64,000 bases of DNA from Zygnema circumcarinatum SAG 698-1b (GCA_037447605.1 CM074804.1:4255909-4319908), one strand, 5' to 3'. Positions 36,501 through 50,330 are shown, counted from the stretch's first letter. Translations and numbers: made by a program. Notes: a model not told the origin generated them from the letters alone.

Positions 36501-38612
36501 ACGCAGCCGGAAGTATTCTTGAAATCTATACGATGATTCAAAACTTCCACAAAGGCAATTGCTCAGATTTTATCACTAATCCGCAGTCACTTCAAGGGGT
36601 GTAATAAAGTGACGGGAAGTTGTAGCTTGGCCGTGATGTCAGCTCCAACCGAAAGTGGCCATGAGGAAGGCGTAGAGAGTTGTTCTACCATACCTGAAGA
36701 AGAAAACGGGCTCGACGGTAATATCCAAGTCCTGCCCACATCTCATTCACCTCCTGCACATAAACTCATTAACTAGTCAGCAATGTCGTTTCCGGCAAAC
36801 ACTCATCCACAAGTACATATGAAAAACGGTATGCGATTTTGCGGAACACAGACGTTAATGCAAACACTCAACACGGAGTTGATGTATTCGTGATACACTG
36901 CGAAGATCATGTTGAACAATGAGACGCATAGTGTGAAGGGGAAGTTTTTTACAGCATCTACAAAACTCTGCAGTTCAAAATAGAGATGAGGCGCCTTATA
37001 CTCTCGAAATAGTCAAATCGCTCCAATCCATTTGAGAGTTCAAACACCATAGATAAAGCAGCTCTGATTCTGCTCACGAGGGCTCATAAGGGAGTCTTCA
37101 CAGAGGTTTTTCCAAAAAAAAATTACTCATGTTCCCACGTTGTCCTAACTATGGTCGAAGATAGGGAGGAATAGTAATTAATTATATTACAGCCAGTCAC
37201 TTTCTTAACCACTTGGCATATCTGGCTACTCCGAACATGACAATTAGAGTGAATTTATTTAGGTTAGGACATTAGATTAAGCAAAATTAGATAAGTTTAG
37301 TCCTATTAAGCAAAATTAGATAAGTTTAGTCCTATTAAGCAAAATTAGATAAGTGTAGTCCTAGAGCACAACTCACAGCTGTTTGCAGAACAACAAAATG
37401 GCATGGATCCTCTAGATTCTCAACTATAGTAGAATGTAAGCCTCCAGCTTGGCAGACTGGGAATGGTATCAGCAATGATGCATGTATTCGCTGAAAGGCA
37501 GTAATTGTAGAACCCAGAACGCCGCAAAAGAGACAATCCCAAAGATTTCAAAATAAAGATTTCCCCGTTTTACTACTTGCCTCCAAAGAAGCTTTGGCCA
37601 ACGCTTCCATAGATCCCCACTTGGAAATCCACCGCTTGTAGTACTCCATCACCGTCGCAACTCTCGTTTGTTGAAGCATAATCTCGCTGACCCAGACCTC
37701 ATATGCTCTTCGCTTGATTTCTGCATCCATCTCTTCCAGCGTGTCTCGCTTTTCCACTCTACTCTCTTGGTTTTCAGTAAGGCCTATGTCTCCATTTACG
37801 CCATCGTCACTTCTCATACGGTCAGCTACTCGTTCTGATACACACGCCAGCTCAATTTCAATTCCATCTCTGCCGTCTCTAACACTATTATGACAAGCAT
37901 TTGAGTTCTCCTGATCGTCTCCTGTCGTCAGATCAATATTAAGCTTCTCTTCAAATATTCTTTGCTTTTCGAAACCGTCTACGAATTTAAGATCACCTTG
38001 ATGGCACGCTCTGTCAGGGTCATTCTTCTTCTGATTGTTGTTTTTCATTCCAAAAAATGTATTCGCACCGCAACGCGCAACCGTGCTACCTCTATTGAAA
38101 CCTCTGGAGCTCCCTTCAAAGGAATACTTTTTGAAATCACCATCCAAATCTTCAGAGCTGCATAGGTTCGAGTTTTCCTGCATTGCCTCCTGTGGCGGGG
38201 CCAGCTGGCTGCCTTCCCCGGCAACAAAGCGCCGCTTTGAGAACAAATTCGTACGCCATGGAAGCTCCCGATGATTCTTATCATACCAATCAAGTAGCAG
38301 AACCCTAATATTCTCTCTTTCTGCTATGCCGAAAGATGCAGCCCCTGCGCTATCCTCTATGTCTTCCAAACCTCCGTCTCCTGCAATACTTGCTACCTTC
38401 TTTCTACCGCCCGTCCTCACCTTGCATTCACCAATGACCCCCTCCCTTTTTCCTCCCTTTCCGGCCTTCTTCCGCAGGGAGGAAGCGGAGGGCGTGCCAA
38501 TGCAGCTTGCTGGCGCCATGGCGGCCCGCAGCCTCACCATCGCCCTACGATTCCACTTCTGAACGATCACCTCCTGGCCAATGCTCTCCATTTCGTACGT
38601 TCTGTGCGTCAC
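33554..38612 (-). CDS. MUTYH: A/G-specific adenine DNA glycosylase (MutY homolog)
   Basis: [35 protein letters not shown]|[18 protein letters not shown], Hh[36 protein letters not shown]|[22 protein letters not shown] (Fe-S), [23 protein letters not shown] and MGLTSGVRK|VFNM..*. Seven exons, the first intron being GC-AG. Confidence 0.96.
35231..35269. other. Perfect 17-bp inverted repeat with 5-nt loop in a MUTYH intron
   Basis: GGTCTGTCGTCATGACA-TGCCT-TGTCATGACGACAGACC. Confidence 0.95.
37276..37362. repeat. 29-bp AT-rich tandem repeat x3 in MUTYH intron 1
   Basis: ATTAAGCAAAATTAGATAAGTTTAGTCCT three times, with one substitution in copy 3. Confidence 0.95.
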
Positions 38613-38882
38613 TTGCTTTGAAGGAAGGTGGATGTGGCACTGACCTCCACATTTCTTTTTTTACTTTCCTTCGATGGCAGTTCCGTGCGATGCATGGATG
38701 GGATCACTTTCTCGATAGCAGCGCTGGCGCTGTCGTGCGGTCCTACAGGTGTTTGTTGAGCTTACGCCGGTTTACCGCTCACCAAAGTCTTCACTCCCTG
38801 CTTAACTGCTGACTCCGACATCTTGGCTCCTTGCAGAATCTTTAATTGAATTAAAAGGCGGTTTGCAAGTAGGAAGTAAGGG

Positions 38883-41800
38883 ATGGGAAATCAAAAAGTG
38901 GCCAAGAAGAAGGCTATGGGAGTTGATTTTAAGGTGCATTATTTTACAACTCCTTTTTTTACGCTCAAGGATGATGACAGATGTGATGGAAAGGCTTTTA
39001 TTGTAAACGATCGATGCTTTTGGTTTACTCGAATCCTTCATTTCTGCTTCTAGATTTTTCCCTTTTGCTCCTCGTCTTTTCTTTTTGTTCAGCCAGAGTT
39101 TAAGTGTGTGAGATGAGCTGAAAGAGGAGAGGGAGTGCTTGCTTTGTTTTATTTGGAGCTCTCGCGCCTCGAATTGTTGGATTTCATGCTCAGGAAACAG
39201 TTACAGACTGGTTCAGTAATTGAGGATGCTTGCAGAGAGTGAAGCGAAAAGTCGGTCGGAAATTGGCTCCGCCTGACAATAGCACCAAGACAAGCTTCAA
39301 ATCAAAAGGTGCACTTGTGAAGCATCTTGCATAGAAGTAAAATTCTTTTTTTTTTCATCTAGTAGCTAGTGAATTCTTTGCTGCATTCCTTCCCTTCACT
39401 TCAATGACGCTCCACTAAGCAGAGCATGTAGAGAATGCGTAGTAACCTTCGTAACCTGCATCGCCTTATTTTGAGTATTTGAAGCAACAGCACTCCCCGC
39501 CTCCCAGTTGTTAGGCGCAAGCTTGAACTATTGGCTGTTTGCTGAGGCCCTGCATTTGGAGTGAGTCTGTTCTGGTCTTGTCTGAGAGGGTCGCAGCAAT
39601 TGTCCTGCCAACGCAAACCATCGGAGACGAGAAGGAAGGCGTAGCTGTGACACAGCGTAAGCAAACTCTCAAGGAGCTCTGCACACAATGCAGCCACTAC
39701 AGCCCAAAAGTTCGCAAAGGTACAAAAGCATCTGCAGTAACTATTTTGGCTAAACTGGAGGATGGTATTGGCTGCCAATATGCCAGATATTTTTTTTGGA
39801 AATTGAGATGAACGATTATCAGTCAGGCAGCATGTAGTGCATGCGTGTTTAGGGTGCAAGGGTCCTTCATGGGTTAATGTAAAAACGGTGAAAAGCTAGC
39901 TACTGCGTTTGCCCGCTTAAAATTCATGGTGAAACGCATTCAAACGAAGAAATTGACAATTAAGCAGCTTCAACCTACGGTTGTTTCAAGTGCAGAGGCA
40001 CCCAAAAATCATACATCTCACTTTGGACATTTTCTAAGGTAGCCTTAAAATTGGATAAAAGCTCAGTAGGGGAGGAGGGAAGGTGCACTGGAGATGCAAA
40101 GAAGCTGTCGTTGTTAAGCCACTCAGATGTAGTACGGCGTCCTAGGGAATGAATGAAGTAAGCGTATGCTATAACCTCAGAAATGCAACCGCTTCTCCAT
40201 TTGGAGGTGGTGGGAAAGGTGCATCATTTATTAATAGTTCACTCTCAATCAAGTCTATTGACGCTTTGTACGTGCCAAAAGCATGCAAAGGTGTACTGTG
40301 CATTATTTCTGTGTCTTTGGTTATTGCTAAAAAGACAGGTCATACTCTGGAAAAACTGCAGTTGGTAATGATTGTCCAACTCTGTTACGAGATCGACCAT
40401 TTAGACCAGCCCAAACAATGTAACCTGTTTAGAGCCATTCCCCTACTTTTCCTTGCCCTATTGCTAAATCCTTTCTACCTTTTTGCCTCATTCGTGCTGC
40501 TTTTGGTGCGAGCAGACGCCCTGATTGGTCTCCGAGAGCTGCTGAGTCAGCATCCTCAGGAGTTGGCTCAGCACACCGCCACCGTCATTGAGACAGTGGC
40601 TCCGAGAATGACCGACATAGATAAATCCACTAGGGACGCTCTCCTCCACCTCTTCCGAAGAGTCCTTTTGCCAGGGCTGCCGGAGGTACACATACCATTC
40701 GCCAGATCTCCTTCTTTCTTAAAGAACGAGGTTCAGGAAAGTTTAATGCCCATTTAAACCGCCCATTTTGATTAGGCTTATTTTTTTCATGCAGCACTGC
40801 AGATTTCTGCATCATGCTCAGGATCATCAACTGCCTCAGGAGAGCCTACTTCTTTATCCTGGATAATGACTAGAAGTGAGGCCGAACAGTTCACCAGATT
40901 TCAGTAGTGTAGACTATGCCAGGCGGTCTAATGACAGTCTCAACGGGCTAAGGTGACAATGGCTTGAAAAACAATTCCATGTAGAAACTTTTCGTTTGCA
41001 TTTTTGTGATGGCTTTATATGCGTGGCTCTTGTTGTACACAAATCAAGAATGTGGAAGCCATGTCCAGAGTGAACCTGCAATGGCGCGTGCAGACACATT
41101 TGGCGCCTTTCGCTCCCATTCTTCTCGTGCACATTTGCAGCGCGATGACCCATCTTTCCCCGGACATCCGCACAACAGCCATCTCGTTTCTCGACCTTAT
41201 CGTTGAGAAACGGCCGAGCTTAATCGGCAGTGGATTCTCTCGAGAGGTATGTTAACAGAGGACGTATTTCCTGTTGAGTGCGCAAGACTTAAATCCCAAC
41301 ATGCACTTGTGTTCCTGTGGCCTTGAACAAAAACTTAAAGGGACCTTGAAAATTGTTCTATGGCTCAGATTGGTCGTAAAAGTGTTTGACAGGAGGCTTA
41401 AGGTCTTCAAGTATTTTTCCCGCTTGATAAGGTTTATCGCTCGTTCAATTCGTGAGCTTGAACATTATTTAAAATGGACCAAACCTAAGTCCATGCACGA
41501 ATGCATCCTACAGAAACTGTTTGATGTACATGTACTATGCGGTGAAAGAGAGGGTACGCTTGATTTAAGTCTTGCCCTTGAAAGCCAAAATTGTGCAGCA
41601 AAGCATATCGAAGCGTTCTATTCCCGGGCACCTTCTGTAAATTGCCTTTGATTATCATGGTTGGTGGCTATGTTACGAGGATGTCACGCATTTGCTCCTG
41701 AAATCAGAGCTCGTCTGTTGGAAACATCTATGGAGCAGATCTTGGGCCACTATGCGAACTTGCTCTTTCAAGGCGGGGGGTCCAGTAGTCGTCCTGCCGC

Positions 41801-44800
41801 CTTTCTTTTGCCGATTCTTCGAAGCCTTCTGCGCTTCCTCTCCGCTGCTCATCTGCCAGAAGGAGGGGAAATGGCAGCAAGCAAAATTCCACAAGTTCAG
41901 GAGCAGACGTGGGGAGGGGCAACCGGGGCTATGCCTGTGCTACATTCAGAGGTAGGAATGAAGTAATCTTCTGCATCACTCTCCAAACGGTTTATACACA
42001 AGGAGATTTTCTCTTTATCATATGCAAGGATAGGCACCTTTGTTTCGGAAAGAATGTCTCTTTCACTGTTGAAAGGCGGAAGAAGGCATTGAAGGTTTGC
42101 TCATGTTGGCTGTTGTTGACCTACCACAGTCTGCTTGAAATGATCGTGCGGCTTGTAACCCGCAAGGTATGTGCACTGGTCTGTTGGATGTATTTGACAT
42201 TTGATTTATGCACACTCATCCGGTCAATCACATTGCACGATCCTTCGTTGTTCAAGGACTGAAGCTGGTCCGGTTTTGAGCCTATCTTGCGAGGGGGGGT
42301 CAGAAGGAGAGCTCAGAAGGGCAGGCTCTGCATAGCTACCGATCTGGGATGCCGCCTGGAAGCGCATCCCTTGCAAAAAATGCAGCAGAATCTGTAATGG
42401 CTTCTACAGATGCTCGAGAAATTGAACCAAGTAAGCTTGTAGAACAAACTGCTTAAATGGAAAATCGGGATCTCTATGCAACTAAGCTGCACATGCGATG
42501 GCTGGCATGCTCTTTTGCTGCAGGATTGCAACTTCAATTTTTTCATTCCTTTGGCACAAAATCAACCTCCAGTGAATGGTGAATCGTGGTTTGGGGCACA
42601 GCGAGTAAGCTAGAAGCACCGCACAAGCGTGGAGCCGCTCTCACAGCGCCAGCTGTCGCCATAGCCAATCTGCCAGCAGATAGAGGGCCAGGTATTGCTT
42701 CCTACCAATTGCAGAATCGACTTTAAAGAACGAAACCAAGCATGTAAGCTTGTCATAAGCTGTTGCAATTGAGCCACAGTTCAACACTCCCTGGAAAATA
42801 CAAATTCAAACAGATAATCGGGAGCCTGAATGAGAAATGGACAGCAAATTTTAATTATTTAGCGTGGTCCATGAAATGACGTATGGGGTATGACGTGTTT
42901 TAATTGGCATTTGCATGCTAGCATGACTTAGCGCTTAGAAGTGGGAGCATTCACATTGCACTGCTTTTAGGAATTCCAGGGAACATCTAACATGGCCCAA
43001 CTGTTGCGTGTTGGGATGAACAGAGCACTACGACAAGCTTGTCGCTATCTTCTCCCCTCTGCTCCTCCAATGCTGTGGAGAATGTGCAGCCACTCTATTC
43101 GCAGGGGCAGCGGTCGACTCTACTTCCCTCGACTGCCTCCTGTCAGCTCTGAAAATTCTGCATCTGCTCTTTTCCTATGTTCTTTTGAAAGATGAAACTG
43201 TATTGCAAGGTAGCAGCAGGGGAAGCAGTGTGAAAAGTGCAACAGGTGCTACCTGGGGGGGGTTCAGCTGGTATGGAGACCAGAAATGGGGTTTCCAGGG
43301 AGATGGGAGTAGAAGAGTGAGAGCAGCTTTGAGGGAGAACGTGTTGGCTGAGCTTCTGCGCAAGCTGAGAGGGCTGTTTCCACTTTCTGCTCCGGCATTG
43401 AAGCTTCCTGCAGGAGTGAAGGAGGGCTTGGCAGCAGTCAATGTGCAGCTATGCCAACTGCTCGCTGCTTTTCTCGCACCTTTTGAAGAGAGGAGTAGTC
43501 AAGGAGAGGGAGTGGGAGGGGAAACCGTTGAAGAGGCGTGGGAGACGGCTCTCATGGATTTCTACGAAGGAGCTCTTCATGGCATGGTGAGGAAAATTTG
43601 CCAGTCTACAGTAACTGCTCGTCGCTGCTTCTTTTGAATGCGACTTTGTGCTGTACTGCTTGTGGCATGCCAAGCACAAAAATTGAGCTGCTTCCACTGC
43701 TTGTGATGCAGGTGCTGCCTTCCGCAGGACTTTTTGAGAGCGACGGAGAGCATCGCCTAGCAGAGCCCCACTGGAAGACACTCGTCCCTATGCTCCCTCA
43801 TCTTCTAGAGTGTTCTCTCCCAGAGAGGCGGCTCGCCCTCATAGATGCTTTCGCCTTTGTCTATAAAAGAGCTCGGCCTTCCAGCGGCACCAAAAGCATG
43901 TGTCTGAGCATGATGGAGGTGCTTCTCTTGCGGAGAAAGGCATGGCGGGAGGAAGGGAGGGAGAGGGCAGAGGCGGGAGCGAGTGAACTTCCTGATGAGG
44001 TAGTGCAGCAGTGGCTGCAGTCACTGCCCCGCATGATCTGGGATCTGAAGGACTCTCATCCAACCACTTCAGAGGTAACAGTAAAATGCCTCCATGTGAC
44101 CTGTGCTGCAGTAGTCTGCCGTTCTTGCTGCTTAATGTGGCCATTCAGCACGATTCAACTTTCTTCTGATTCTTAGAATCGTTTGTCTTGAATTCTGCAT
44201 TCTGATCAAATTCAGGCAATCCTCCGCTTGCTGCTTCACATCGGCCGTTCCGCTCCTCCCGGCAGCTTTTTAGCGGAGCAATTTTCAGCCCTGCAGCCCT
44301 CTCTCGTTCCTCTCTTCTGCGTTTGGAGGTCCCCCAGTCGCCCAGTTTTCGGACCCTTTTTGGCACTTCCGGACAGCAGTCAGACCTTGGCTCTCAATAT
44401 TCTTTCCTACCTTCCAGTGCTTTCTCCTGCTTTACTGCGAGCTCTAGCATGCTGCTGCCTATATCCCTCCACTCCCGGAAAAATGACTTTGAGAGCGGTA
44501 GAAATCATGCACAGGAAGTACTGCATTGGGGGATTGGCAATAGAGGAGCTTCTGAGCTTCTTGTGGACTCTGTTGCTGGGTAGAATGGCAGGGGAATCAA
44601 AGGAAATGGGCAGGAAGAGAGAGAGGCAGGAAGAGGGACAAAGTCTGAAGAAGTCACTGAAACGAAAGATGGAGAGTGTGGACAATCGTGAGGGAGGTGT
44701 GAATGGGGTTTTGAAAAGCGTAGACGACAAGCAGGAGGTGGAGGCGCTGGAAAAACGGGAGATGAGCGGGGAAAGGAAGGACTCAGTCGACGAGCTGGAC

Positions 44801-46542
44801 GCAAGAGTGGCAGAGGGAGAAGCGAGGGAGGAGGGAGAAGGAGAGGGTTTGACTAGAAGAAAAGTGCAAGTGGCTGCTGTTTGTGCAGTATTTGGACATC
44901 TTGGGGATACCGGATTAGTGCTCAGACTGTTGGCGCCTGCCATCCATGAAGAGTTGGTGGGTTTCACCTGTTTTTCTGCCTTTTTGCAAACTTTTTTGGC
45001 CCTTTCTGAAGTTCGTTCAGCTGTTGAGCAAGCGGCGCCTTAAAGGGCATGACCTATTCCCATTTCTTGCAGATAAATTCTCCTCCGCCGGATGATTTGG
45101 AAGTCTTGCTTCGAGCCGTTGCTGTCTGCTGTCAGAGAGCCTCTTTCACTCATGGTGGACCTCAGCCGGTACCTTCTCAGCTGAGGGAGGTTTTGCCACA
45201 AGCTATCAAAGAGCATTTCCTCCATATTTACCAGGTGCGGCAACAGAGTGCAAATTATCTACCTGAGTGGATCAGCATTGTGGAGAGGAAAGACCTGATG
45301 AAATAGCATTAGCTTAATCAGCGGATCTTTTCCCTGGATATCAAGTAGACGAAGACTATTCTCCCCTCTGAAGGTTTTGCCATATTGGCCGTGATACAGA
45401 TTCTTGCTTGTTTTTTTACCTGCTGTTGTTAGGAAACGCTGCTAAGGTTGCCATGTTGAGAACTTCACCGTATAGATAACAAAGTCACAGGAGATGGAAA
45501 AAGAGAGAATAAAAGGTTAGGGAGTAGGAAAGAGAGGGGGAGGGGTGGAGACAAGGGGGGAGTAGGGAGAGGGGGGATGTGGGAGTGGGAAGGGAGCCTG
45601 GAGCTGGAGCTGCTGTGTCGTTGTGTTTTTTCAATTAAGAAAAAAATCAAAGCGCTGCTGCCCCCCTACCTTTGGTGCGAGGAAAGAATGATACTGAGGA
45701 AAATTTTGATGGAACTTCTATGTCAGCTTTCTGCAGGGAGTCATTTGTGCTCAAAGGCTTACCTGACGATTGGCTGTGCCGAGTCTCTTGCAGGAGGTAC
45801 AACAGGGAAGGATTGAGGAGGGCGGACCTTTGAAGGAAACTGAACGGCGACTGCGCCCCTGCTTGGCACTTCTTCTCTCAGCTCCAATACTCGTGTCTGC
45901 CGTTATTCAGCTTCTCTCCTTGTCAGGCGAACAGAGAGGTAAGATATACATTGAGAGGTGGTAGTGTATATATTATTAGTGGAGAGTGTGGTGTTTCAAC
46001 CATTTGGGCTGGTTTGTGCTGAAGTTAGTGTCGTCAACAGGCCCAGATTTAAGGTCATATATTCAATGAAGCCAAAAGGTTAGACGGTTTGTCCTTGCAG
46101 GGGCCACTCAAGGAGAATTTTGTCAGCAGGAGCGGTCTGTAATTGCAGCAATGCTCAGCATTGAGCACATCTGCAACTGCAAGTCACTCGAGAAGGAGCT
46201 GTTGGGCATTGAGAAGCAGATGCGAACAGTCATGGCCGGCTTCAAGGTGCGTTTTCTCCCATCCGTGAGCTGGATGCGTTGCTAAAGCCATCCATCGAAG
46301 CGGATCAGATGCCAATGCCATTTGTTTTATTTTTTTAAAATGTATTTAATGTTGATGACGCCTCTGTCCATTCTCAGGGAACTGTAGCGAATTCTGGGAG
46401 ACAGAGGAGAGATGCTCTTCAAAGGGCGTACGGTTCCCTGCAGGGGAGGACGTCTCTGCTTTATGGCTGGCGGCTCGATGAGCAGCTCGGAGAGGAGCCT
46501 GCACAGGCAGTGGAGGAGCAGAGACCGAAGGAGCCTTCCTAA
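38883..46542 (+). CDS. TEX10: TEX10/IPI1 (Rix1 complex, pre-60S processing) ARM-like protein
   Basis: MGNQKVAKKKAMGVDFK|RVKRKVGRKLAPPDNSTKTSFKSK|AIVLPTQT..QTLKELCTQCSHYSPKVRK|DALIGLRELL..DIDKSTRDALL, HICSAMTHLSPDIRTTAISFLD (Ipi1_N), QWLQSLPRMIWDL and FGPFLALPDSSQTLAL. Last exon ends with TAA at 46540-46542. Some middle exons are approximate. Confidence 0.9.
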
Positions 46543-46697
46543 AACTTGTAAGGTTGATTTCTTGTAGGGTTGAAAGCAAGCCCTAAAGGTGGTGGCACTG
46601 CGGCCGTCAGGGTGAAAACCGCAGATAAGTCACTGGAATGTTGGCCTCTGCAATGCAATGTTCGAACCTCAAGTGTAGTAAACCGGTCACGTTAGGC

Positions 46698-48027
46698 CTA
46701 TTTCTTGATTTCTTTTCCCAGCGTCGCCACAAAGCGATCAATTTTGGCGTCTATAGACCACATCTCACGCCATCGTCGCTGTACGGACACTTGCGCCTCG
46801 TCGGCCTGCACTCGGCACCAATGCAACATGACATGACTGGACTCGTGATTGGTAGTCAACCAACCCTAGAAGTATGGGCGTAGTTAGCACAAAATTAAAC
46901 TCCAAGTTATCACTTCGGACGGGCCCCTCTCAAGGATTGACTGCGAACTAACAACCTGAGGCTCACGCGAAGTATTGTATAAGATACCCAAATTATACTT
47001 TACAACTATTGGATTTACCAGTACGGCTAATCCCATGGATCAATATGAAGTGCACTCAGATTACAACCTGGAGGAAACCGGATGTCAAAGGCGCCTTTTA
47101 ACTGGCTATGCATAGCTTATTGAAGCTGGTATTGTAGAGTCAACAACAAAAACCCAGCAAACGTCTGAGTTACTATTGCGAACTGATGTTACATAAAATT
47201 ATTTTGTTACTCTGACAAAGCACAGAGTAGCGGAGCCAGAATTCCAAAAGTTGAGTTCGAATTGGCGAGATTGGACCCATAAGTAGATAAAACACGAGAA
47301 GTAGATTTCACACTTCAGCAATGATGCGATGGACCGTAGATACAAAACACTGCTATATGTTTCATAAAATCGTGACCTTCTTGTCAATCAGAGACCTAAA
47401 ATATTTGCATATTGGCCGACGAGATAGTGGCCGACAAAGCTGCACCTGCCCGCGCAGCTGCTACCTGTGAAGCTACGGATTGAGACGCTACGCCCGGTTT
47501 TTTTTTCTCAATATGGAGAGAGCGGGAGTTTACTACTCCCCGTTGCTCTGACCTCCTGCCTTCATTGAAATCTCTGGCAAGCGACAGTTGATGCCAGTTC
47601 GGGGAAGCATTGTTTAGCTGCGACTCATCGAAGCATTCGCTTCTCCACTTCTGACAGCGAGAAATGTCTTGTTGAAGAACTTTCTTAGGGGAAGGTCGTT
47701 TTGAACACACAAAACTCCTTTCGGAGCAGATAGTGGAAGCAGCCTCTGGTGAACTCAGATCTTTGCGCTCCTCAGCACTCTGCATCTCACGCAGTTAGGA
47801 AGTGATGAGGATCGTGAGAAAGCCAGAACATCAGTAAGCCTTTTCAAGCCCAATGACATTTGTACTCTAGCAATGCATCATTGTGGGAGAAATTCACGAG
47901 CAAGATTAGGATGGCACCCAAACAAACGTCTCTCTCCAGTTCTCCTACTCACTCTCTTTCAATGTCTACTTCCACTCCTTCTCGTCTCTTTCTCTCTCCC
48001 TCTCTCTTGCTTAGAATGCAAATTCCT

Positions 48028-48058
<31 letters not shown>

Positions 48059-49808
48059 NNNNNNNNNNCCCCCCCCCCCCCCCCCTCCCAGCCTCAAACT
48101 CCTCTCTTTCTCGCCTTCTCATCTGTCAAACTGTGTTCCTCTGCCTACTTGCCTTCGCATCTCCTTTCCCTCCCTGCCTCTCTGCGGATAGATGATCTCA
48201 CATCACGAAGGAACCGGTCGCTGACTTCCATCTCGTCCCTTCTCCTCTTCTTCTCGCTTGATGGTGGCACAAATTTTTTTTTTGTTTCCTGAACATGCAC
48301 AATCGCAAGCTCTTATGTCAAACCGAGATCAAGCATCCCAAGTCTCAACGTCTCCGCCATGTCTGTAACGGATCCGTTACTTTCCAATCTGATTTCTGGA
48401 CAATTTTCCTCTGTGATTTGGCCGAGAAAAATAAAAAACAGTATTCAGGACGGGACCCATTTGCTGTTAGGAAGTAATAACTGCTGCGCACTATCTCCCC
48501 TGTCCTCTACCGTCCCTCCCTCCTCTCCCCTCGCTCCCCCCTGCTTCACCCCCTCCCCTCCCACCGCTTGGTGAAGAGAAAACCGACCTGACATTCGTTG
48601 ACTTCTTGAGAATTGAAGTCTGAATTGAAAAACCGACCACTCTGTGCTGATAAGACGGTTTCTGAAAACGGATTCTTCAGTCTCCTTTCAATGCATTCAA
48701 AGCATAAGGTCTGTCGTTGTATGATCGGCTTGTTCCGTTCCCGTGCTGTCACGGACCACAGAGCAATAAATATGAGAAACGAGCATCTTAACTGCTAGGG
48801 GTGATTGTTCCAAATGGCGACACTCTCCATAACAAGGAAATGTGTTCGACGGGCTGCCAGTAGTGGCGGTTCCAGGATTCTTGCTCAGGAGGGGCTAAAC
48901 CCGCTTTCAGCATAAAATACAAAAGATAAAACTAAAAAACACATGTTTAAAATCACAGGAGGAGCTTAGCCCCAAACTCGTATATGCAAGTCCGCCACTG
49001 GCTGCCAGTGGGGAGGAGAGAGAGAGATGGTGGAGGAGAAGGGAGGAAGGGGGGAGTTGCGTGGGGGGTTGGGGGGGAAGGGGGGTAGGTACCTAAAGCA
49101 ATTTCTTGGCAGAATCGCACTGCATCTTCAACCGACCTTGAGAGCTGCGCAGGCTCTGACGGCATTCCGTTAAAGATCTCTTCCCTCCTCTTCTCTTCTC
49201 CTCTTCCAAGAAGGCGGTTTTCATGAAGACAGCAGATGACTGCCAGCAAGTACCTAAGGAGAATCGATATCTCTCTCTTTTCAGACTCCAAGGACTGTTG
49301 CGTCGCGCATTGCTCAAACTGAAACTTCTCCAACTGCTGCTTCAACTGCTCATTGTAATCAGCATCCAGCTTCTCCTTCAGCCTCTTCTCCACAAGCTTC
49401 TCCAGTTCCTCTTTGCGCGCGTCTTGAGTTGCCTGCATTTCGAATCCACAGGGTTCCGTAGCATTCAGTATATACGATTGGACCTTCACAAGTAACTAAA
49501 ATTAAGTGAAAAGGAAAGCAGAAATTCTGCATGACAGGAAAAAAATGTTGACAAAGGCTACTTTTCGACTCTTTTAATATCTGGAAATTCAGTCAGAAAA
49601 TTACTTTTATGTAGCTCCTGCCTTCTATCACAGTCGGCTTGTCGCCACGTTCGACGCTTTTCTTTGCATTCTCTTCTCGTTCCATGTGGCTGCGATTCAG
49701 TTCCCGGGCCAAAAGCTGAGCAGTCTGCCTGCTCTGAGAGAGCTCCCTCTCCAAAAGCTCCACCTTCTTCTTCCATTCTTGCTCCCTATCCTTTCCTGCC
49801 TCCCACAT
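46698..49808 (-). CDS. Orphan coiled-coil protein; exon structure tentative and spanning an assembly gap
   Basis: ATG at 49808 (MWEAGKDREQEWKKKVELLERELSQS..YIK|GT), then an E/K/Q-rich exon from ~49433 (ATQDARKEELEKLVEKRLKEKL). Plausible further exons at ~48590-48750, ~48150-48290 and ~47465-47780. It ends either at stop 47396 or via a phase-0 final exon 46806-46698 (ADEAQVSVQRRWREMWSIDAKIDRFVATLGKEIKK*). Confidence 0.5.
48028..48085. other. Poly-C tract containing a 10-N assembly gap (48059-48068)
   Basis: Directly visible. Confidence 0.99.
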
Positions 49809-50019
49809 CCTTCCACCCTCGCACCAGGAACCCTGAATCTTTCAACCTCCCTTAGCGGCTAATGCATAGCCAGCACCGAACTGAATTTCATCACTCCCAC
49901 TTCCTATTTCGCTGCCTTCATGTTTTATTTTACTTGCCTCATTTGCTAGAAAATGAAATGAAAGGAAATGGAAGCAGCTCATCTCAAGCGCAGAGACGAA
50001 GGGGGGAGGGAGGGGCAAC

Positions 50020-50155
50020 CAGTTTGAAATGTCCGTACAATCTGCTCTCCACAATTCACGCTCCGCTACTTAACGGTCACACGAATCGTACACGTACCGC
50101 ACCTCATACGAATCAACGTACAGTACGGATGTTATGTACGGCACTGTACGGCCTC
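50020..50155. promoter_or_regulatory. CHR-like, MSA-like and seven GTAC cores in the coiled-coil/DHHC bidirectional promoter
   Basis: TTTGAA at ~50023 and TTAACGGTCAC at 50070-50080. GTAC at ~50035, 50088, 50094, 50118, 50123, 50136 and 50146. Confidence 0.5.
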
Positions 50156-50330
50156 TGCAAGCTCGCGCAGGCAGGCGGCCATGGCCGCGCCCTCCACCTG
50201 CGCTTCGAGGGGGAGGTTGCGGGTCTGAGGCTCGGGGTTGAGGGCGATCTTAGGGACAAGGGGGGAAGACGCTTGGTAAGGACCTATGTCTTAGGGCTAG
50301 GGAGCAGAGCAGAGGGAGGAGGGTGCAACA

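Noticed and set aside
47018-47068. Apparent AG..GT-bounded exon of the orphan gene
   Set aside because: Stop codons in all three minus-strand frames.
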